Shown here: piece after piece, positions 11,850 to 23,152 of the stretch
Layout: the number at the start of each line of letters is the position of its first letter
How positions within the stretch are numbered: the stretch's first letter is position 1
NCBI GenBank assembly: GCA_964106915.2
Contig: OZ066924.1
Source of the DNA: Podarcis gaigeae
Lineage: Eukaryota
Length of the DNA stretch: 64,000 bases
Strand: one strand, 5' to 3'
Translations under genes and position numbers: made by a program
Notes under the pieces: model-generated
What the model was told of the DNA's origin: nothing
What the model saw: the letters and a program-made list of their open reading frames with translations, nothing else
The model's database searches: none

Positions 11850-13305
11850 CAAATGGCCTGGCAGGCTGACCAAGTTGAAGGCTGTGGGTTGAAGGCATAG
11901 ATTGTGGCAGGACATTGATAGCATATGGGAGGGGCAAACATCATAATTACCAGGGACGCTGAGATCCCAGCGGCAGTAAGAACTAATAGTGCTTCTGAAA
12001 GAGTTTACAGGCCCAATACCATGTATGACTAAATGAGTTTGGCCTCGGGAATCTAGAGCATGTTAAAGAATTGACGCTAGAATTCAGACAAATGTCATTG
12101 TACTTCTGTATAATTAATATACACGCCTGCCGTACTGCTATGTCTGGCTATAAATACAAAACAAGCAGCCAAGGAACTTAAACAATGAGAACTAAAAGAA
12201 GCTAAAAATACACACCAATCAGTCCTCCAGTTAAAAAAACAAATAAACGGGCAAGGCATCGCTAAAGTCTGACTCCGAAAATGCACTAACTGGAGAGCCA
12301 GAGTGACAGAAATGGCAATCTGTAAAGTAATATGGTCTATTTGTGTCACTCCAGAAATAAAATAGAAATATTTCTTTCATGACTTATGAGACCCTATGGG
12401 ATGGTATTGTGGGGTGACATGGCCCTGGGCAGGGGGGCGAGATATCACAAATTCAGAAATAATTTGCAGGATGCATTGTTGATTTTCTTTTCCACTTAAG
12501 AGATACAGAGAGAAAACACACAAACATGCAATGGTCTTTCACATGTAATTAATTCACATCGGGAATCCCCTCTGTGTGTTTCAACTTGAGGGTTGTTTTT
12601 TTTACTTTCAACACTTTCTACATCAAAATTGGTTAAGCCTTGTAATGGACTGAATTACTTATTGAATATCCAGGGGTATTTCCTGAGTTGCAGCGAAGCT
12701 GACTCACTGAAATATTAATGAACCAATTTCCATGGACTAGGTCTCATTATCTCACTGGTTACCACTGCAAAACATTCTTGCAGACAGGGTCCTTATGGCT
12801 GCTAGCAAGGGGATTTGATCAGCCCTTGTATTTTTATGTATATTATTAATACACTTTTTTTATTTAAAGAAAATGTAGATCTGGGGGGGGGTTTTGGGGG
12901 GGGAGTTATAGCAAGTTCTGTGTTTTGGACCTACCTAGTTGCTGCAACATTCCATCCTCAAATAAGAAAAGGGAGAAGAAGAGAGAGGAGGAAATGGTTT
13001 CTCTCCTCACTAATCCAGCTAAGTAGATCTGCTTGTTAAAACACCAGTCTTTAGGTTGCCCACTTGCACATGGACAAAAAAGTGGACAAAAGAGGGTATG
13101 ACTTTGCATGAAATTTGCATATGCAAATCTGTGTGTGCAGATGCATGCCTAGGTGTAGATGGCAGATAAATAGATAAAGTATGCAAATTTAGAAATAAGT
13201 ACCATAATGTAAATAGGAATACCGTACATCTCACCAGAGTAGAGATACTGTGACCAGGTGAACTGCATGCCTGCTCAGTCGGAGATATATATCTCTAATC
13301 CAGTA

Positions 13306-13515
13306 CAGTGGTACCTCGGGTTACGAACTTAGCTCGTTCCGGAGGTCCGTTCTTAACCCAAAACCATTCTTAACCTGAGGTACTCCTGCTGCTGCCACCA
13401 TGCCGCCGCTGCGCGATTTCCGTTCTCATCCTGTGGCAAAGTTCAAACCCGGAGCAACTACTTCCAGGTTAGTAGAGTTTGTAACCCAAAGCATTTGTAA
13501 CCTGAAGTACCACTG
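13306..13515. mobile_element. Tigger/pogo-like MITE
   Basis: TA|CAGTGGTACCTCGGGTTAC ... GTAACCTGAAGTACCACTG|TA. Confidence 0.9.
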
Positions 13516-15277
13516 TATTAAACAATCGTTACTTCACCCCTCCCCAAATTCCATGTTTTTATTGTTTTTGTCTTGGATGGGAGCTGAAGTTCAAGTTTTG
13601 GTCCCTCTACTCTCCAGAAGACAGCCGTTAACTTGCCCATCAGATATAGCTCAGGCCTGGTATTTGCTGCTGTGTAGAGGCCAAACCGGGAACCACAGAG
13701 GGCTTTTCTCAAAAAGCTTGAGAGGAAATGGGATCCAACCCAGTGTAGTATATACCCTGCATTGGAAAGGCCAGAGTCTTTCATAAGGCAGCACAAACAC
13801 TAACTCTATCTGCTAACCAAATTCACAACCTGCATATCCGCTCTAGCAGTTTCAAGAGCTTTTTGCTATGAGCATCCAAAGTGAGTCAGGCAGATCTTTT
13901 CTGCTCTCCATTTGTGATTATCTTTGACATTTACAATAATAATTTTGAGCCTTGAACAGGCACCACTTAAATAAATAAAGAACCGTGTTTTCGGCGTTGC
14001 GCTTTGGTGTCTTGTGTTTAGGGATGCCTGGGGGATTTTGCTCTTTGTGAAGTCTGAGGTGAGATGACATCGTCTCCATCTCCCCCTGCAACTCAGAATG
14101 TAGCTGTCTATGGGATTTGGCACTTCTATGAATGTTGCAAAATGCTCCTAAGCTCAAAAATGCATATTTTGAGGGTGGGAGCGCGCTCGGAAATACATAT
14201 TTCATTGTGAATTTTCATGTGCATTAACAAAAAAACCCACAAAAACGAAGGGAAGTGAAAGCAGCAACAGGATTTAATGAACACAACTGGACATGGTGCA
14301 GCCTGCAAGTGGTCTGATATGTCCATACCTGCTTACATTCCATTTAAAAACCTGCTGGACTCAACCTTGAGAGAATGAAGAAGGAAATCTTTTGTTCTTC
14401 CCTTTGCTTGACACATATCCTCAGCAGCGCCTGACTCTCCCTAACAATGAGAATCAACCAGCTTTGGGTGTAAAAGGAAAAACGAGCTGCCGCCAAGTGT
14501 AGCTATCTCCTTGAGTAAGAGGTTTATTATTTATCTTCCCTGATGCAGTGCCCATGTGGCAGAATTGATATTGAGCAGCTGGACAGATTGCCCCCCGGAG
14601 CCACATCTGCAGCTATATAGATCAACACTACTTTCATTGCCTTAGCGCCAAGGAAGTTTATCTTCTGTCAGCGAGATTTACTACTACTTACTTCATGAAT
14701 TGTTATGGATTCCCACCCACCCCTCCCCTTTATTTAGTTTTGAGACTGTATTAATGTAATCTAGTATGGATTGTTAACGGCTTATTTGTTAAGCGTTTCT
14801 ATACTTTCCTCCCCCCCCCCCACTTCCCCGTTTAATAGTGATTTCCATTTCGATTTAACAAGATGAATGGGGAGGTGAGCAAACAAATAGTTTGTGGAAG
14901 TCAGAAAGAATAAGAACAAGGAAGGGTGCTTAAGGCACGGGACAGAACAGCGAGAAATATCTCATCATTAGCTCATGTAACCTGCATTTCTCATGGATTT
15001 CTGAATTTGTACAGCTAAGGGGTTGTGTACCCATTATGTTTTATACAGTGGCTTTGTGTTGGACTGTGATAATATGTAGAATTGTATTTTATACCTGCAA
15101 GTTCCCAGAGAGAACATCCTCCTATAGTGCAGACTAAACAAGAAATAAAAATGGAATGGATCCTGATGATGCTTATCTTTAAAGCTGCTAAAAATGCATC
15201 TTTACGCCAAAACTGTATGCCACAAAACGCAGGAAAAGGATCATAGCCCAGTCATGGAGCACATGCTTTGAAAGAGA

Positions 15278-15657
15278 GGGACACAGGTGGTGCTGTGGTC
15301 TAAACCATTGGGCCTCTTGGGCTTGCTGATCGGAAGGTTGGCAGTTCGAATCCCCACGATGGGGTGAGCTCCTGTTGTTCGGTCCCAGCTCCTGCCAACC
15401 TAGCAGTTTGAAAGCACACCAGCGCAAGGAGATAAACAGGTACCGCTGCGGCGGGAAGGTAAATGGCATTTCCGTGCACTCTGCCACTCATCAAGGTCCT
15501 CTGTGCACCAGTAGCGGTTTAGTCATGCTGGCCACATGACCCAGAAAGCTGTCTGTGAACAAAGGCCAGCTCCCTTGGCCTGAAAGTGAGATGAGTGCTA
15601 TACCCCATAGTCTCCTTTAACTGGACTTAACCGTCCAGTGGACTTACCTTTTACTTT
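15278..15657 (+). mobile_element. Sauria SINE (second subfamily)
   Basis: Sauria core with CTCTTGGGCTTGCTGAT head variant and GGACTTAACCGTCCAG tail variant shared with the 42540 copy. Confidence 0.92.
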
Positions 15658-15829
15658 CGCTCTGCAAGCAAATTCTGCCAGTTTTAACCAGATACCTTCA
15701 CTGGTTTTATGCCTGCTGGGAGGAAAAATCTATAGACAAGCCTACCCAGACATGTACTTGTATTATGTACATTTGTTTTTAAATCTGTTTTTATCTACAT
15801 TTGGGTAATTTCATTATGCTTACTGATTT

Positions 15830-15917
15830 AATATGTTTTTATTGCTATTTCTAATGAGTTTTTTATGCCATTTTATGTAAGCAGCTCAGAGGGGTTTGTT
15901 CAAGCAGTATATAAATC

Positions 15918-15966
<49 letters not shown>
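15830..15966 (+). repeat. Old LINE 3' end (L2-like) with (AAT)n microsatellite tail at 15917-15966
   Basis: TGTAAGCAGCTCAGAG...TATATAAAT followed by about 16 AAT units. Confidence 0.6.
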
Positions 15967-15970
<4 letters not shown>

Positions 15971-16185
15971 TGGTCGTCTCTTGTATCAAGTGTTCACTTA
16001 TATCTGAGCCACTCAGGCATTATCAGGACTTTTTAAAAAAGCCCAACTATCTATTTGCAAAATTATACAACCTTATACATGAAAAGAAATACATATATTT
16101 TACATATAATTCATATAAATGAGTCAAGTCCCATGCTGTGCTATATTTCTGCTGTATAACTTTTATAAACATATCAATATATCTT

Positions 16186-16484
16186 AGGGTTGCCATACAT
16201 CCGGAATTTCCTGGACATATCCAGAACATTGCAATCAGAAGCAGTGTCTGGGAATGGAAATCACCAAAATCTGGGCATACAGCAACCCATGTGAACAGTG
16301 CTGTTTCTGGCAATTTTCCTTAAAAATACGGTAACTCAAAAACTTCGGTTTTCGGGGGGGCGATGTGCCAAAAAAGCTCAACAATTTTGCCTCCCCCCCA
16401 AAAAAATCCCACCAACAACTCAACAACTACAAAGCTCAAAAACTTTTCTGTCCGCATTTTCACTGTTTGAAATATGACAATCCT
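16186..16484. mobile_element. Non-autonomous DNA transposon with AGGGTTGCCATA termini
   Basis: AGGGTTGCCATA ... TATGACAATCCT inverted ends; right end matches in reverse the fragment at 43199-43270. Confidence 0.6.
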
Positions 16485-19002
16485 CATATATCTGTTTATG
16501 GACAATTATATATAGGTATCTGTTTATGTGCTGGTTATCTCTTTATGTAAGCCAGCCCTGCTGCGCATTCCCTGAGGGAGTCCATGCGCCAAAGTTGTGC
16601 AATGATGGCACCACAAAGAATGAACTCTTCCCCTGAAGACAGATTCACTTTGACTCCTTGGGACTGCTCAAGCAAACCTTTTGCAGAGCACTTCAAACAT
16701 CGTTCTAAATTTAAATTAAGGAGGGGAAGTGTTTGCTCTCTGAAATTTAGAAACTCTCCTCTCTAAGCAGTGGCAAGCAGACATTCGCCAGAGGTAAGCA
16801 GTTCTATAGCAGAGGATAGTTATTTATTTTGCAGCAAGGTAAACAAAGAAGAGGAATGGAAACTGGATAAATGCACAGGTTTACATGCTCATCATAGCCA
16901 ATTTGTTTGGCAGTCAAGAATGCCATTCCCTCTGCCCCAACAGCAAGCTATCCAGTTACCTTTGGAGGGGTCAGACGGGCAGCAGGAGCTTAATCATGTT
17001 GCACTGCTATGGAACTTTGAGGGACTCTGCATTGTTGTCAAGAGCATTCGCTCATTCGGGTAAGTGCCAGGGCACTGAAACCCAACACCGCAAGAGAGAT
17101 CTCAATAGCTGAGGCAGGCAGGTGACTCCAGGTGCAAATCTCACTCTTTTGTGCTAGCACATAACACTCCAGCTACAGTATGGGATGCTCTCCCAAACTT
17201 CTTTCTGCAGATGGTAGCAGCAAACCACGCTTTCAGAAGCAATGGCAGGTGGGAGTCTCCCCACATCAACCGCAGGAAATCCTGTGCTGCTTTTGCAGGT
17301 GGGAGCAGCAGTATCTCAGTACTCACCCCTCCCTGTGTGGGAACATGAGGCACAAATCACCCACAGCAGTAAACTGACCGGCTGCATCACTTGTGCAATT
17401 GGCGGGGGAGGGTACAGCTCTGTGTTTGGCAATTTGGGGCCAATGCATCAGAATAAATTAGCATGCTACATAGCCAGTTGACAAGAATGTGCAGAGGCTT
17501 TTGTAGTGTTTCCTTATGTTTCTTGATGTAAGACTGTGCAACATCCCAACATGTTTAAATAAATGAATCTGACACCGATGAATGATTGGGGCTGCAGAGA
17601 TCTTGTTTAGTTGCTTAAAGTCTTGCTCAAAAGTGTGCCTAAATTTCCTTATGGTTTCAGACACATCAAGTGACCAAAATGACTTTGGAGTCTTTGGATC
17701 TAGGCCACTTTCCTGGATACCTCCCTTTGGCCCTACTAAGAGCAGCGTACTGACATTGTTTCAGCCAGGGCATTAAAGGAACTGGCAATAAAAAAGGAGA
17801 ATTTTCCACTGAATCTCCCTCTTTGATGTCAGAATTTGATCTTATAGTTCAAATCTATCCCTGGGAGATCCTCCCAATGCCATAGACTGTACCCTAAATT
17901 ATTGCCTTGAAGTTACTGTCTGTGAGAGTTAATGATGTTGCAAATAAATTCTTAACATGCAAAAATATAACTTCTTCTCTTTGTACTGGTGGTGATAAAT
18001 GCCACAGCATATGCAGCAGCATAAGAACAGAATACTGGTTTGCAGTCTGTAGTAGTGAAAGTGTTCATCCATCCAATTCAATCCAAATGACGCATCTACA
18101 ACCTTTCTGGAAAAGTATCATTTTCAGAGCCCAAAGGGTTTTAGATTTTGCATCTCAAGTACATAACCAGGACATTATTTGAATTGCATAGCAGAGTCCA
18201 CCACTGATTTGTCGGAGAGAATTAAGCAATCATTCCTGGCAAGATAAGAAGCACTTCTTCTCCTACTTTAAGTTCAATTATGGCCCATTTTTAATCACAG
18301 GTGGCTTCCATTCCCAGCTCGGCATTTTTCAAGTGCACTCTGCCTTTCAAAGGTTGGAACTGAATGTTGTAAAATACTCCTGAATTATGGTGAAACTGTG
18401 TTTTGCATGGCACAGAACCTTGTTACGATGAGATTTTTAAGCATAATAACATGGTCCCACTGATTTTTCTCCCCTTTTCATCTGCATAAGTATAGTACAT
18501 GGGACATTTCTAATAAAGTGGATGTCAAGTCACCTACCCACCTTAGGAAAAGGTTACCTCTCTTTTTTAAGTACCCCATCAATCATTATGAATTAGCATG
18601 GATTTCTATGTGAAAAGTGCTTATCATTATAAATTCATGTGGTATTCATGAGGATGTCAAATGTATACCCAGAGGCCTTTATCTGTTAGAAAGAAAGCCT
18701 TACACATGACCTATCCCCAGTCTTCCTGCATATGACATTGCCTTTAAGCTGCATAAGACATATGAACACTGGACTATATAATCTCCTCTGTGTTTAAGGC
18801 AGCACAAAAGGCAACAGACGCCATCAATCAGAGACATCTTGATCTAGGAATGACAGACTATGATAACTTTTCTTTCCATATTAGCTTTCTTTTATATGAG
18901 TATACCTCAGCAGATTTCTCAGCCTGGTATCAATCAGAGGGTGGTGGGTGCTTACAAGGTGCTCTGAGGCTTATATTTCCTTCCTCTTTGCCTTTAATAG
19001 TA

Positions 19003-19200
19003 GCAACGTTAGTGATGGTGCCGTGGGGGGCTGAGGACTTAACGGTTGCCACGATGGCCGTGGGGCTGTCCCAGCATATGATCAGTGTACACTCTGGACT
19101 TTGTTTTCTCAGCTGGGCAAGAAGAGAAAGTGGGGACATTGACATCAGTCCTATGTCCTGGTCAGATCACTTCCTACTGAGATTGTAACAACAACAACAC
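19003..19200 (+). mobile_element. Retroposed L2-endonuclease-derived fragment with (CAA)n tail
   Basis: AVGLSQH...SPMSWSDHFLLR resembles the L2 APE domain C-terminus (SDH motif); ends TAACAACAACAACAC; flanked by AATAGTA twice. Confidence 0.6.
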
Positions 19201-20550
19201 AATAGTAAGAAAAACGCAGATTAAAATGCTGCCATTTTCAGGAGGACTTGAAATGTTGCAAACTGAATTAAAGATGGGGAAAATGACAGGGAGAGAAACT
19301 AGCCACTCAGCTACATTTGTAAAGATAAAGCGCTTTATATGCGTTCTAACACTGTGGCACCAGATGCCGCTGGAGAGTCCCATCTTTCACCAATGGGATT
19401 TCCCTGTATGAAGTTTACAGCACATTTAACTGAATTGCTTTTTTGATGTGTCTAGATCCAGCCCAAAATGTATAGATTTGTTGATTCCTTTTCACAATTT
19501 ATCTTTACAGCTTGCTAATTCTGTTTGCAGCCTCCCATCACTTCTCTTGACTTTATACCTGCATTGTAGGATCAAGTATTATTATTCTTTCAACTTTTCC
19601 GGACTAGTAGGAAGGAGCACCATCTTAGGTAATGCAAGCTCAAGGTAGAATCAGTGCTCATTGAAGAAGTACCCTTGTCTGAGAGCAAAGAATCGCTGTG
19701 TAATTATATGAGAAGATTGGACCTGAAACATGATTTTCTAAAACTATGCAAGTGTTCGGTACTGAGTACCAACAGCAGATGTCATTTTATATTGGTAAGA
19801 AGTTGTTGGGTTTTGCCACCTGCATAGCTGTTATTACAGTCTTGGTTTTAATAATTATTTTGATGTAACTGTCGTTCAGCGATATTTCAACAATTGCAGC
19901 CTTGACATGACACTAGATTCACAGCATGATAACATTACTAATATTTCAAGAAAGGGGTGCTTTCCAAGGAAGTGAGCAATGAAGCAACAGCTGCTGAAAG
20001 ATTACCTTGAGAAATTCATACGAGAGATTGTAATTGAGAAATAGGCACGACAAATTTCTCACAGTTCTTCCTGTCAGTAATTAAATTGTTCCTTCATCCT
20101 TCTGAAAGAAAAGAGCCTTGCAACATGAGTTGTTGGTTCCTGTCACATAGCTTTGGTGAAAACACAGATATACAGTATGGTCTGTGACAGGGGTGGTGAA
20201 CTGGATTCAGCTGGTGGGTTGGATCTTTATATCTCACATCTTTATCTGCCCCATATACTGTATGTCATATACAGTATATAATGTCAGGTACAAAGCAGGT
20301 GGATGTCTTGACTGAAATGGCCTCAGAGGCTGAATAAGGAGGCATGGGGGCCATATATTCCCTATTGCTGGTCTATGATATCTGGCTAAAATATCTTACA
20401 TTTGACATCTGAACAATGTCAGTTATGTGGATGATAGGTGACTAAGTCACCTAGAGTAGACAAGGCTATTGATCACAAGTAGTCTACATGCTAGTTGTGT
20501 GGTTGTATATCATCTTGTGACTGGAGCAGGAGAATTTGCATGTCATTCAC

Positions 20551-20612
20551 TTTCTCTTCTCTTCTCTTCTCTTCTCTTCTCTTCTCTTCTCTTCTCTTCT
20601 CTTCTCTTCTCT
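20551..20612. repeat. (TCTCT)n polypyrimidine microsatellite
   Basis: About 12 perfect pentamer units. Confidence 0.95.
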
Positions 20613-21835
20613 TTTTAATGCATCAATCTCTCCACATTTTACAGAACTGGGGTCTCTGACAAGTTTACCCCGCCCCCCAACACAGACTAGGAATGAATGG
20701 GTGAGAATAGCTGCTGGAGCTTGGTGAAACTGCCCACTTACCATGGACTGGCAACATATGGTCTCCTTCCAGTGGTCCTGTATAAAATAGGAGTGCCTCT
20801 ATTTTTTCAGCTTATTTTGGAACACTTGGGACTGACCCTAGAGATGTGTGAGCCTGTTTCTAGTACATGTAACACACATCTTCCACAAGGGTTTAGTTCC
20901 AGGGGTCCACACATATCTGCAAAAATGTGTAAAGCCAGGAACCTCCAGAACTGCCCTCCCCCACAAGGGAAAGGGCTGCTTGCCTGGCTTTGGGAAGGTG
21001 GTCCAAGGGGTCTGAGGTCCTATCAGTGGGAGGGTGGCCAGGGTTTCATCCAGCATAAATTGTGCCACCCTGTTTCCATTAGAAACCAATATCATGTAGT
21101 CTAGGCAACACGGTTGAATCTCCACTCAGTCAATGCATGGAGATTAACACCCATTCCCTTGTCCTTTGAGTGGGTGAGGTGGGAGCACCAATACTTCTGC
21201 CAGTCTGCTTAAATGAGATGCACAACAAAGTGTTGTTTGATCCCAGTCTTCATGATAACATTTTAGCGCAAATTTCTCCTCATGTACATATTTTTGTATG
21301 CATAAGAAATATGTATATGAGGAGAAAATTGCACTAAAATACACACAGTTTTGGAATGCAATCTTCCCTAATACAATGCATTTGATATGCTATTGGGGGG
21401 GGTGTGTTAGGGGAGAGGTAGTACCTCTGGTGGGAGACATCTCATTCTTCTTCTGGGGTAGTTTTGCCACCTTTGGTCCCCACCCTGCACTTAACTCTCA
21501 CCTGCGGGTCCTAGAAGCTGTTAGCGTGTGACAACAGCCACACCCCAGGAATGGTTTCGACTGGTTGGCTATTCCAGGTGAGGGTAGTCAATGGGTCTAA
21601 GAAACCCTCGGTGAGTTAGTGATTTCCACCGCATGCAAAGATAGGCTCTGGTGGATTGAGCGGACGAGACCAATAGTGGGTCCAACAGTCAAGAAGGTGG
21701 TTTCTGCACGTGCTGTAGAAGGAAGTGAGAAGCAGATGGGGCTTGACAACCTGGGAAGGTAGCCTATCTAGGAGAAGGAAAACTCTGACCTAAACCTCTG
21801 CTGCCTTGGGAAAAGAAAAGGCTAAGGAGTAAACC

Positions 21836-22310
21836 TGTCAGGATGCTGCCAGCAGCTCCTGGCTGGCTGCCCAGGAAAGTATAAAGACAAGGGAAGGTTT
21901 CTTATCATCCTTTTTTATTAAATATTTACAGATAGAGACTATAGCCTCTTGGATAATGGCATTGTCCCGAGTGAATCTCCACCTCTCGTCTCTCCCACTT
22001 CCTCATTCGTCACTTCTACGGTGTCCTCTGTCTTTGAGCTCTTTGCTCCCCTACTTTCAAGGCTCGCCGGGTTCCGGGAGATGGAGGGTCTGGAAGGCTT
22101 TCCAATGACACCATGTCCACCAGCTGTAGCCCTGCTTCCTCCTCCTCCCTTCCCATTATTCCCCAACTTTTCCCTTCATCTGCCTCTGAACTGTGACCTC
22201 CCACAAACCACTGTTGTAAGTCTATGCTGTCTTCCTCTTCCTCCTCCCTGGAAGAGTCAGGATGGGGAGGCGGTCTCCATCACCCCTCCTCCTCTGCCCA
22301 GTCCCTGACT
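21836..22310 (-). mobile_element. Solo LTR (probably Gypsy-type)
   Basis: Inverted ends TGTCAGG...CCTGAC(T), 5-bp TSD AAACC/AAATC, minus-strand AATAAA near 21915; 475 bp. Confidence 0.7.
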
Positions 22311-22377
22311 AAATCCTACACAAATCCGGAGTGGAGTCCCTAAGATAGTTGGATAGTGTCTTGTCCCCCTTCTGGCA

Positions 22378-23152
22378 AAGCCTCTCCTCTTCCCAGAGGG
22401 GATGTGGTGTGAGTAGGAACCATTCCCGCACCGGCAGGGGGGGTGTTCGGCCCCCTGCATCATCTCCCTGGCTGCCGCCCCACCCTGCAGCAGGCCAGCC
22501 AATAGGGTTGGCCTGGGGGCGGGGTTTAGCCACATTCAAGCAGCCGCGGCAGCCTCTGCGCCTCATTCTGCTTCCTGGAAGATGCTGGATCACTCACCCT
22601 CCCACCCTCCAGGCTAAGTTTGTGTTCTTGACCTTGCTATGGACCTTGGTTGGTTGCCCAGGGGGTCTGGTAGGAGTTTTTGTCCATTTAGCTAAATTTG
22701 CACCAGCCTCTTGGTTTTTCGCCTACCTCATAGCAATTTGTCACAGCTTTTCTGGTTTTGGTGGTTAGGCATTGGAATATGTGTTGTGTGTTGGGGAGTG
22801 GGGTATGGCCATCACCTACCCCACCCCATTTTGGGTATTCCGTTAAAGGAATCCGGCGGTCGTGGATCCTGTCCGATGCCCTGGTGGTGGCTAGGGCCAT
22901 GGCACGACCCCCGGTGACATCAGGGGAAGCTTCCAGTTGTATTTGCATCAACAAGCTCCTCCCACTGGTTGTTAACCTTCAAATGCCTGTGGGGGGGGTC
23001 GGATATAGGTTGTTTGATCCAATGCCTAAGCCAATACCGCTCACATGCTGTAACCAATAAAAGTTGTGGCCTTTTTCAGCCCATTAAACTAAAATACTTG
23101 TGTCCGTGTCCATTATTTCTCCACTACGCGGGTTAGGGTCCTCAAGGACTCA
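22378..23152 (+). mobile_element. Terminal-repeat-like segment, possibly from a Ngaro/DIRS tyrosine-recombinase retroelement
   Basis: GC-rich insert with CCAAT, GGGGCGGGG and a late AATAAAAGTTGTGGCC; no TG..CA pair and no clear TSD; host sequence resumes after it. Confidence 0.45.

Noticed and set aside
21395-21560. HDV-like ribozyme at the retroposon 5' end
   Set aside because: I could not build the nested double pseudoknot by eye; left as a suggested test only
21939-23060. Cluster of overlapping GC-rich ORFs
   Set aside because: They lie inside the solo LTR and the adjacent insert; no gag, pol or recombinase motif
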